From Oscillospiraceae bacterium (GTDB taxonomy: Bacteria > Bacillota > Clostridia > Oscillospirales > CAG-272), in assembly GCA_015063895.1 (NCBI GenBank), contig SVTG01000001.1:13260-77259 (forward strand): a stretch of 64,000 nucleotides of DNA. Direction: 5' to 3'. The position numbers and the translations under genes are program-made. The notes under the pieces are model-generated. The model saw only the letters and a program-made list of their open reading frames with translations. It was not told the DNA's origin and searched no databases. The stretch's first letter is position 1, and each line of letters opens with the position of its first letter. Positions 54,739 through 62,737 of this stretch are shown in pieces.

Positions 54739-54893
54739 GGGTTTTGCGTGTTTTTCCGTGTTTTTCGGGTTTTGCGTGTCTTTCCGTGTTTTTCGGGTTT
54801 TGCGTGTTTTTTCGTGTTTTTTGGGTTTTGTGTGTCTTTCCGTGTTTTTCGGGTTTTGCGTGTTTTTTCGTGTTTTTTGGGTTTTGTGTGTCT
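54739..54893. repeat. 5.5 tandem copies of a 28-bp T-tract repeat
   Basis: Units start at 54739, 54767, 54795, 54823, 54851 and 54879. Consensus is GGGTTTTGCGTGTNTTTCCGTGTTTTTC. Units 3+4 equal units 5+6, giving a 56-bp higher order. Confidence 0.9.
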
Positions 54894-54998
54894 AAGGGCG
54901 AATTTTTTGCTGCACGTCATAAATCGCCAACGCTCGGTGCCTCATTTTTTTGCGTTGCATTTTTTAGGCTTTTCAAGATTTTCAAAAAGCAATTTTTA

Positions 54999-55341
54999 TA
55001 ATGAAAATTTTTTGCCTCAATGGACTGTGGATCGTTTTACACAAAAATTTTTAACGCGTTTTTTCCGTTGTCCCCACAGGTGCCTTGCATCTGATCGCGA
55101 ACGGCAGCTTTTTTGTCGGTCATTACATTTTTTAAATCTCACGTTTAAGATCGTTACAAATCCACGCTAAAAATTTTTCATTGCCACGGACTCTCCATCG
55201 TTTTTGTTAAAAATTTTTAACGCTTTTTTCTACTTTTATTTTTACTTTTCTTTTTTAGCTCTTATTCAAAAATCACGCTTAAAATTTTTCACTTCCACGG
55301 ACTCTTTATCGTTTTTGCTAAAAATTTTTAACGTCTTTTTT
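54999..55341. repeat. three ~68-bp direct repeats in AT-rich non-coding DNA
   Basis: The 55163-55230 and 55273-55341 copies are very similar (CACGCT(A/T)AAAATTTTTCA(T/C)T(G/T)CCACGGACTCT..ATCGTTTTTG.TAAAAATTTTTAACG). There is a degenerate copy at ~54999-55066. Confidence 0.75.
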
Positions 55342-55786
55342 TAGGTCCTTTCAGAGCTGAAAATTTTAAAATGAGTTTTCCCTTTTTTAACGTTTTTTTG
55401 CGCGTTTTTTTCGGTGGTGTTTTTTAACTTTTTTTCAATGCGTTTTTTACACCATAAAAAAATCACAAAAACAAATGCAAAAAAAACGCGCAAAAAAAAG
55501 ATGCAAAAATCAAACGAAAAAAGCTTTAAAAAAACTTTTTGAAAACAAATCAAAAAAAGATGCGTTTTATTATTGAGTGGTCAACAATAAAAAATAACAG
55601 GGAATTAAAAAAAGATTTTTTTGCGTTGAATTTACCAAAAAGAAAGCTTTAAAACTGTTTGAATTTAACAATCTTTTTGTGAATATTACAAAAGGATTTG
55701 CGCTTTTTTCTTTGATATGTTATACTATAAAAGGCTAATAATTAGGCTGTGAATTTTGTAGCAAAATATAGTTTTCGGAGGTTTTT

Positions 55787-56212
55787 ATGGCTATCAAAAT
55801 GCGCGTGCTTCACGCATCAAAAAAGAAGAAGATCTTAGATATGGCAAAGATGATCCATGCCAAATACGAGCTGGCGATCAATGCCGTTGACACCATTCCC
55901 CCCGCCTACTCCTGCAACAATGAGCGCTTGGTCGTTCTGATGCTTTCCCTCAAGGGCGATCCCGAGGATCAGGTACGCTTGTTCTGCCGTGAGCTGACCA
56001 AGGCACGTGCCCAAAACGTGGCACTTGTGATCGACGGTAACGAGGCTGCCGCCAACAAGATGAAGGCCATTCTTCAGGAGGCCGGCACCAACGTAGCCGA
56101 CGAGGTACATTACGTGAAATGCGCCTTCCTTCCCTTCCTTGACAAGATCACGCCCGATGAGCAAGAGGCACTTCTTGCCTTCGTTCAGCGCACGATTGAC
56201 AACCTTCAATAA
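55787..56212 (+). CDS. hypothetical protein
   Basis: 141 aa. ATG after GGAGG. GC-normal composition. No family recognised. Confidence 0.55.
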   Translation: MAIKMRVLHASKKKKILDMAKMIHAKYELAINAVDTIPPAYSCNNERLVVLMLSLKGDPEDQVRLFCRELTKARAQNVALVIDGNEAAANKMKAILQEAGTNVADEVHYVKCAFLPFLDKITPDEQEALLAFVQRTIDNLQ

Positions 56213-56359
56213 GGTTAAAGCACCGTTTTCATGCAGAAAACGGTGCTTTTCTTTATATTTTTGTAAAATATTTTCGCCTGAGTGTTGCTCTTCCCCATAG
56301 TTTATGGTATAATATTTTATTATCATTATTTTGCGCGCATCGCGCTGACAGAGGTTCTT

Positions 56360-57574
56360 ATGAAATATCTTGTTTTAATTCCCGATGGCATGGCCGATGA
56401 GCCCATTGAGGCGCTTGGCGGTCTTACCCCTATGGCAAAGGCACACAAGCCCGTGATGGACGAGCTTGCTAAGGTCTCCTTTGTGGGCACGGTGTCAAAC
56501 GTTCCCGCCGATATGGTGCCCGAAAGCGATACCGCCAATCTTGCCATTCTTTCCTATGATCCCAAGATCTATTCTAAAGGCCGTTCTCCGCTTGAGGCGG
56601 TCAGTATGGGCATTGAAATGCAGCCCGACGAAACGGCTTACCGCTGCAACGTAGTCACCCTTTCCGACGAGGGTGAGGCTTACGAGGATAAAATTATTAT
56701 TGACCACAGTGCCGATGAGATCACCACTGCCGAGGCTGATGAGCTGATCAAGGCCTTGCAGGCACATTTTGGCAACGCTGAGCGCCGTTTTTACACGGGT
56801 GTCAGCTACCGTCATTGCCTGATCCGCAAGAATGGCAACGATAAATATAATTTTATGCGTCCCCACGATATTCTCGGTCGCCGCATCGGTGAATATTTGC
56901 CGCGTGCAGAGGACGGCGGTGCTGAATTTTATCAGATGATGAAGGAAAGCTTTGACGTGCTCAATCATCACCCCGTCAACGAGGCACGCCGCGCTCGTGG
57001 CTTGAAGCCTGCAAACTCCGCTTGGTTCTGGAGCCCGGGCAAAAAGCCGCAGCTTCCCTCTTTTTCCGAGAAATGGGGGCTTTCAGGTGCAGTGATCTCC
57101 GCCGTTGACCTGATCAAGGGCATCGGGCTTTGCGCAGGCATGAAATCGATTGACGTAGAGGGTGCTACGGGTAACGTGCATACCAATTACAAGGGCAAGG
57201 CCGACGCCGCGATCAACGCATTTCAAAACGGCGCCGAGCTTGTTTACGTGCACGTGGAGGGCCCCGACGAGTGTGGGCACCGTGCCGAGCTTGAAAACAA
57301 GGTGATCTCGGTCGAGCGCATTGATGCAGAGATCCTTGCCCCTGTGCTTTCCTATCTGCGTGGCACGGGTGAGGATTTTAAGATCATGATCCTGCCCGAC
57401 CACCCCACGCCCATTCGTGCGCGCACACATACGATCGACCCTGTTCCCTTCCTCATTTACGCCTCTGACGCCGTCTTGTCGGGCGTGGATACCTTCAACG
57501 AAAAAACCGCTGCCGCCAAGCAAAATTATCTCGCAAACGGCTACCGTTTGATGGAACTGCTGACCGGCAACTGA
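56360..57574 (+). CDS. cofactor-independent phosphoglycerate mutase family protein (ApgM-type)
   Basis: MKYLVLIPDGMADEP... N-terminus and ...HVEGPDECGH..., ...ILPDHPTP... metalloenzyme motifs. Confidence 0.8.
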   Translation: MKYLVLIPDGMADEPIEALGGLTPMAKAHKPVMDELAKVSFVGTVSNVPADMVPESDTANLAILSYDPKIYSKGRSPLEAVSMGIEMQPDETAYRCNVVTLSDEGEAYEDKIIIDHSADEITTAEADELIKALQAHFGNAERRFYTGVSYRHCLIRKNGNDKYNFMRPHDILGRRIGEYLPRAEDGGAEFYQMMKESFDVLNHHPVNEARRARGLKPANSAWFWSPGKKPQLPSFSEKWGLSGAVISAVDLIKGIGLCAGMKSIDVEGATGNVHTNYKGKADAAINAFQNGAELVYVHVEGPDECGHRAELENKVISVERIDAEILAPVLSYLRGTGEDFKIMILPDHPTPIRARTHTIDPVPFLIYASDAVLSGVDTFNEKTAAAKQNYLANGYRLMELLTGN

Positions 57575-57589
57575 TAAAGGAGAATTGCA

Positions 57590-58186
57590 TTGAGCGCTAA
57601 GCAAAAAAGCGTGCCGAAAAAGGGTACGTTTGCTTCAAATTTAGTGGAATATCTTGAAATGTTTGTGTTTGCCGTGGTTTTTGTGGTAGTCGTCATGACC
57701 TTCGGCTTCCGCCTTTGCGAGGTGGACGGCCCTTCCATGAATAAGACCCTCAATCACGGGGAGCGCCTGGTTATTTCCGATCTTTTTTATACGCCCAAAA
57801 CGGGTGATATTATCGTATTTCACCCCGGCAATTCCGACGTTGCATATTATAATAAGCCGATCGTTAAGCGTGTGATCGCAACCGAAGGGCAATTTGTTAA
57901 GATCGATTATCTCCAAAGGGCCGTCTACGTTTCTGCCGATCCCACGTTTGAGGCGAGTGAGATACTTGACGAGGGCACCTATGCGTATTACGATACGGGT
58001 GTTTTTAAAGAGACGCTGAGCGGTACTGCGAGCGCTGTATTTGAGGTGCCCGAGGGGTGTCTTTTCGTGATGGGCGATAACCGCAACAATTCAGCGGACA
58101 GCCGCAATCAGCATATCGGTATGATCAGTGAGGATTGCGTGCTGGGTAAGGTGCTGCTGCGCGTGGCACCCTTTACCAAATTTTAA
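57590..58186 (+). CDS. lepB: signal peptidase I
   Basis: TTG start 6 nt after AAGGAGA. GPSMNKTL (catalytic Ser box), KRVIA and GDNRNNSADSR boxes. Confidence 0.9.
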   Translation: MSAKQKSVPKKGTFASNLVEYLEMFVFAVVFVVVVMTFGFRLCEVDGPSMNKTLNHGERLVISDLFYTPKTGDIIVFHPGNSDVAYYNKPIVKRVIATEGQFVKIDYLQRAVYVSADPTFEASEILDEGTYAYYDTGVFKETLSGTASAVFEVPEGCLFVMGDNRNNSADSRNQHIGMISEDCVLGKVLLRVAPFTKF

Positions 58187-58197
58187 TGAGGTGACTG

Positions 58198-59076
58198 ATG
58201 CCAACCGATATTATACAATGGTTCCCCGGTCATATGGCGAAGACGCGCCGCCTGATCGGTGAAAATCTGAAAAACGTGGATCTTGTCATTGAGCTGCTTG
58301 ATGCACGTATCCCCAAGAGCTCGCGTAACCCTGAAATTATGCGTTTGACAGAGGGTAAGCCCCTGATCACGCTCCTGAACAAGTCAGGACTTGCCGACCC
58401 GCAGGAAACCGAAAAATGGGTGCGCCACTATACGGGCGCGGGGCATATTTGCCTGCCCTTTGACTGTGTGACGAAAAAAGGAGTTGAGCGCCTTTTGCCT
58501 GCCGTGCGCGAATTGATGGCCGAAAAGCTTCAGCGCTACGCACAAAAGGGCATGGACGGCCGCAAGCTGAAGGCAATGGTGGTGGGGATCCCCAACGTGG
58601 GAAAATCATCGCTTATTAACCTGCTCGGAGGCACGAAAAAGGCTAAGGTGGAAAACCGCCCGGGTGTCACGCTGACTCCCCAGTGGGTCACCACCAAGGA
58701 GGGGCTGGATCTGATGGATATGCCGGGCGTTCTGTGGCCGCGATTTGATGACCGCGAGACAGGTGAAAATTTGGCGATCACGGGTGCCATTAAGGACGAC
58801 GTGGTAGAAATTGAAACGCTTGCTATGGCGCTTTGCCGCAAGCTGCGTCACCGTTATCCTCTTTTGCTTTGTGAGCGCTATAAATTAGATGCCGCGCAGG
58901 TTACGGGCGATGCGCTTGACGATTACGATCTCTTTTGCCTGATCGGCAAAAAACGCGGATTTCTTATCAGCGGCGGCGAGGTGAATACCGAGCGCACTGC
59001 CAATACCCTGCTTGATGAATTTCGCGCTGCCAAGATCGGCAGGATCACACTGGATAAACTGCCCCAAGGAGAATGA
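58198..59076 (+). CDS. rbgA: ribosome biogenesis GTPase A (YlqF/RbgA)
   Basis: IQWFPGHMAKT N-terminus. Circularly permuted GTPase motifs (NKSGLAD..., GIPNVGKSSLIN). Confidence 0.9.
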   Translation: MPTDIIQWFPGHMAKTRRLIGENLKNVDLVIELLDARIPKSSRNPEIMRLTEGKPLITLLNKSGLADPQETEKWVRHYTGAGHICLPFDCVTKKGVERLLPAVRELMAEKLQRYAQKGMDGRKLKAMVVGIPNVGKSSLINLLGGTKKAKVENRPGVTLTPQWVTTKEGLDLMDMPGVLWPRFDDRETGENLAITGAIKDDVVEIETLAMALCRKLRHRYPLLLCERYKLDAAQVTGDALDDYDLFCLIGKKRGFLISGGEVNTERTANTLLDEFRAAKIGRITLDKLPQGE

Positions 59077-59079
59077 CAG

Positions 59080-59682
59080 ATGCTGACCTATGAGCTTGAA
59101 ACCGCCCTTGAAAATGAGGGCTATCACGCCGTTTGCGGTGTAGATGAGGCGGGGCGCGGTCCGCTTTGCGGTCCTGTTGCCGCCGCTGCCTGTATGTTAC
59201 CGACGGGCCTTGTGATCGAAGGCCTGAACGATTCTAAAAAGCTCACCGAAAAAAAGCGCGAGCTTTTGTACGATGAGATCGTTAAAAATGCAATAGCTTA
59301 CTGTGTGGTGCTCGGAAGTGTGGAGGAGATCAATGAAACCGATATCCTGTCTACTACCCTGCACGCGATGCGACGCGCTGTTGACGGCTTGCAGGTCAAG
59401 GCAGATTTTGCACTGATCGACGGCAATCAAACGCGTGGCTTTACCATTCCCTGCCGCGCGGTGGTGCACGGTGATGCCACCTCCCCCTCGATCGCTGCCG
59501 CCTCAATTCTTGCCAAGGTCACCCGTGACCGCTTGTGTGCCGAGCTTGATGCGGCGCACCCCGAATACGGCATTGCCAAGCACAAGGGCTACGGCACTAA
59601 GGCGCATATGGACGCTTTGCGGAAATACGGCCCGTGCGAGATCTACCGCAGCAAATTCATCCGTTTTCTTGACGAAAAATGA
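59080..59682 (+). CDS. rnhB: ribonuclease HII
   Basis: ...CGVDEAGRGPLCGPV... and ...DSKKL... motifs. Confidence 0.9.
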   Translation: MLTYELETALENEGYHAVCGVDEAGRGPLCGPVAAAACMLPTGLVIEGLNDSKKLTEKKRELLYDEIVKNAIAYCVVLGSVEEINETDILSTTLHAMRRAVDGLQVKADFALIDGNQTRGFTIPCRAVVHGDATSPSIAAASILAKVTRDRLCAELDAAHPEYGIAKHKGYGTKAHMDALRKYGPCEIYRSKFIRFLDEK

Positions 59683-60077
59683 AGACCGAAAAGCAAAAGA
59701 TCGGTCGCAAGGGAGAGCGTGCCGCAGCCAGGCTTCTGCGCCGCAGCGGTTACCGCGTCGTGGCGAAAAATTGCTATTTTGGTAAAAATGAGCTGGATAT
59801 TGTGGCACGTGATAAGCAATATATCGTGTTTGTGGAGGTCAAGGCGCGCACCGCAGATACGCTCCTTGATTTTACCGCGCGCCCGAGCGAGGCAGTTGAC
59901 CCTGAAAAACGTCGCCGTACCGTTGCTGCAGCCATTTGCTATTTAAAGCAGCACCCGACGCCCTTATGCCCGCGCTTTGACGTGGTAGAGGTCTATTTTG
60001 ACCGCGAAAGGCGCCACCGTTTACTGAAGATCAATCATATTGCCAATGCGTTTACCGCAAGCGGCAAAACCCGTTAA
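59679..60077 (+). CDS. YraN-family (UPF0102) endonuclease-like protein
   Basis: 132 aa. ...GELDIVARD...VFVEVKAR... motif. 4-nt overlap with rnhB. Confidence 0.8.
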   Translation: MKTEKQKIGRKGERAAARLLRRSGYRVVAKNCYFGKNELDIVARDKQYIVFVEVKARTADTLLDFTARPSEAVDPEKRRRTVAAAICYLKQHPTPLCPRFDVVEVYFDRERRHRLLKINHIANAFTASGKTR

Positions 60078-60100
60078 AAATACTCAAAGGAGCTCTTACA

Positions 60101-61588
60101 ATGAAATTTCAAAGCACACGCGACAAAAACGCCGCCAAATTCAGCGCGGCACAGGTTATCAAGCAAGGTCTTGCCGCCGATGGCGGGCTGTTTGTACCCG
60201 AATCGATCCCCACACTGACCAAGGAGGATATCACTGCGCTTTGCGCGATGGACTACCCTGCCCGTGCCGCCTTCATTCTTGGTAAATTTTTGACCGATTA
60301 TACCGCCGAGGAGCTGCTTTGTGACTGCCGCGAGGCCTATGCTGCCACCTCTTTTGTCGGTGGCGCCGCGCCCCTGCATCAGCTGGGCGACACCGAGACG
60401 CACGTCATGGAGCTCTGGCACGGTCCGACTGCGGCCTTTAAGGATATGGCATTGCAGATCATGCCCCGCTTGCTTTCGCGCGCTCTTGTTAAAACCGGTG
60501 AGGAGCGCACGGCGCTGATCCTGGTGGCTACCTCGGGCGATACGGGCAAGGCCGCGCTTGAGGGCTACAAGGATATTGACCGTATTAAAATGATGGTTTT
60601 CTACCCTGTTGACGGCGTTTCCGTGGTGCAAAAGCTGCAAATGCAAACCCAAACGGGCGATAACGTGAACGTAACCGCTATCAAGGGCAATTTTGACGAC
60701 GCGCAAAGCGGTGTCAAAAAGATCTTTGGCGATGCCGAGGTTGCTCGGGCGCTTGATAAACAGGGTTATTTCCTCTCCTCAGCCAACTCCATCAACTGGG
60801 GGCGCCTTGCACCGCAGATCGTATATTACGTATCGGCCTACTGTGACCTTTTGAACGCGGGTAAGATCGCGTACGGCGACAAGATCAACGTGACGGTCCC
60901 CACAGGCAATTTCGGTAATATTTTTGCCGCTTATCTTGCTAAATTGATGGGTTTGCCCCTGGATCGCCTTGTTTGTGCTTCCAACAAGAATAATATTCTG
61001 ACCGATTTCCTGGCTACCGGTACCTACGACCGCAACCGTCACTTCTATCTGACGATGTCCCCCTCGATGGATATTCTGATCTCCAGTAATCTTGAACGCC
61101 TTTTGTACTTTGTAGCAGGACCCGAAAAGACAGCCGCTTATATGAAGTCGTTGAACGAAACGGGCGCTTATACGGTAGATGCTGCCGATCTTGCCGCGAT
61201 CAAGGAAAGCTTTGACGGCTTCTATGCCGATGAGCAGGATACTGCCGCCACCATTCGGGCAACCATGCAGGATCACGGTTATCTGATCGATACGCATACC
61301 GCTGTTGCCGTCAGCGCGGCAAAGGCCTATCAGGCAGCGACGGGTGATAAGAAGCCCATGGTCGTCGCCTCCACTGCCAGCCCCTATAAATTCGCATGCG
61401 ACGTATACACCTCGCTTTACGGCGAAGCACCTGAATCTCCCCTGGCGGCGCTTAGCCAGCTCTGCGAGAAAACAGGCGTTGAGATCACCTATCCGCTTCG
61501 CGGTATCGGTGAGCGCACCGTGCGCTTTACCGACGTGGTAGATGCAACCGAGATGCAGGACGCCATGTTTGCGTATCTTGCTAAATAA
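60101..61588 (+). CDS. thrC: threonine synthase
   Basis: 495 aa. ...GPTAAFKDMALQ... PLP-lysine motif, ...ATSGDTGKAA... Confidence 0.9.
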   Translation: MKFQSTRDKNAAKFSAAQVIKQGLAADGGLFVPESIPTLTKEDITALCAMDYPARAAFILGKFLTDYTAEELLCDCREAYAATSFVGGAAPLHQLGDTETHVMELWHGPTAAFKDMALQIMPRLLSRALVKTGEERTALILVATSGDTGKAALEGYKDIDRIKMMVFYPVDGVSVVQKLQMQTQTGDNVNVTAIKGNFDDAQSGVKKIFGDAEVARALDKQGYFLSSANSINWGRLAPQIVYYVSAYCDLLNAGKIAYGDKINVTVPTGNFGNIFAAYLAKLMGLPLDRLVCASNKNNILTDFLATGTYDRNRHFYLTMSPSMDILISSNLERLLYFVAGPEKTAAYMKSLNETGAYTVDAADLAAIKESFDGFYADEQDTAATIRATMQDHGYLIDTHTAVAVSAAKAYQAATGDKKPMVVASTASPYKFACDVYTSLYGEAPESPLAALSQLCEKTGVEITYPLRGIGERTVRFTDVVDATEMQDAMFAYLAK

Positions 61589-61602
61589 TCTAAAACAAAA
61601 AC

Positions 61603-61634
61603 GGAGTTGCCCCGTATAACAGGGCAACTCCTTT
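61603..61634. terminator. bidirectional terminator between thrC and the DUF1540 gene
   Basis: GGAGTTGCCC-loop-GGGCAACTCC followed by TTT. Confidence 0.7.
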
Positions 61635-61647
61635 GATAAAGATAAAA

Positions 61648-61827
61648 TCAGTCCTTTTTAGGCTTAAACGTAGCGCACACTGTGTCGGTGCTGGAGGTGG
61701 CAAAGCTGGGGCCAACGGCAATCTTTTGCGCCGTGCAATAGCAATCCCCCTCGTGGTACTGGCAGTTCTTTACGTCACAGGTAATGCCCTCATTCACGTT
61801 CTTGCAGCAGTTATCATTTCTATCCAT
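61648..61827 (-). CDS. DUF1540-type small cysteine-rich protein (below the ORF-track length cut-off)
   Basis: My own translation: MDRNDNCCKNVNEGITCDVKNCQYHEGDCYCTAQKIAVGPSFATSSTDTVCATFKPKKD*. RBS AAGGAGA. The C-x-V-x-x-C-x-YH ... C-x-TF pattern is typical of DUF1540. Confidence 0.7.
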   Translation of the reverse strand: MDRNDNCCKNVNEGITCDVKNCQYHEGDCYCTAQKIAVGPSFATSSTDTVCATFKPKKD

Positions 61828-61913
61828 TTTTCACTATCTCCTTTCAAAGGGATAGTATCAGTATACCCGTATCGTCTTCATTTATACCCTATTTTTTGAA
61901 AGGAGCTTTCCAC

Positions 61914-62642
61914 GTGTCGGTTTTTACAATGGCAGATCTGCACCTCTCAACAGCGTCGGGCCACGAAATGGACGTGTTTGGCTCCCGTTGGCGGGATTAT
62001 ACCAAAAAGATCGTCAAAAATTGGCGTGCGGTCATCAAGGACGGGGATACCGTCATTTTACCGGGTGATATTTCCTGGGCCATGAATTTAGATGAGGCCA
62101 GAGAGGATTTTGCTCTCCTTGATTCCCTGCCCGGAAAAAAGCTGCTCGGTAAGGGTAATCACGATTTTTGGTGGGATACTGCTACCAAATGCAATAAGTT
62201 CTTTGATGAGCATAAGTTTTCAACGCTTACCCTGCTTTATAATAATGCGTTTATTGCGGAGGATTTTATTGTATGCGGCACGCGCGGCTGGTTTTTGGAA
62301 AAAACACAGCAGATCACGGTCGGGGAGGTTGATTTTGAAAAGATCTCCAACCGCGAGAATATGCGTCTGCGCATGAGTCTTGATGCCGCAAGATCCTTAC
62401 AGCAAAGCGGCCACGGCGAAAAGGAAATTCTTTGCTTTTTGCATTTTCCGCTCGTGTGGGGAGATTTCGTTGCCAAGGAGATGCTGCAAACGCTGCAGGC
62501 ATACGGTGTGCGGCGCTGCTATTACGGTCATATTCACGGCAACTATCACGCGCCGCGCACACAAAGCTATGAAAATCTGACTCTTTCACTCATATCGTCG
62601 GATTTTCTTGATTTCGTGCCGCATAAGATTTTGCCCCTTTAA
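61914..62642 (+). CDS. metallophosphoesterase
   Basis: The GTG at 61914 lies 8 nt after AGGAG (ATG at 61929 is also possible). DLHL, GDISW and GNHDFWW motifs. Confidence 0.75.
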   Translation: MSVFTMADLHLSTASGHEMDVFGSRWRDYTKKIVKNWRAVIKDGDTVILPGDISWAMNLDEAREDFALLDSLPGKKLLGKGNHDFWWDTATKCNKFFDEHKFSTLTLLYNNAFIAEDFIVCGTRGWFLEKTQQITVGEVDFEKISNRENMRLRMSLDAARSLQQSGHGEKEILCFLHFPLVWGDFVAKEMLQTLQAYGVRRCYYGHIHGNYHAPRTQSYENLTLSLISSDFLDFVPHKILPL

Positions 62643-62737
62643 TATTTATATTATTTTGTAGAAAACACTTGACAAAAGGTGTTAAAATCGTTACAATATA
62701 CTTTGTGTAAATTTTCAAATCTTTGGAGGATGAAAAA

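Noticed and set aside
54669-55170. ORFs through the 28-bp tandem repeat (83 aa minus strand KTRKTRK...; 140 aa plus strand FRVFRVLRVF... with a good SD)
   Set aside because: The products are pure repeat translations with extreme composition. Open frames are expected in T/G-only repeats lacking stop codons. The observation is kept only as a note inside the repeat finding.
54600-55786. Chromosomal replication origin (oriC)
   Set aside because: Only imperfect DnaA-box-like strings are present. There are no dnaA/dnaN neighbours, and the region sits at the edge of an accessory island.
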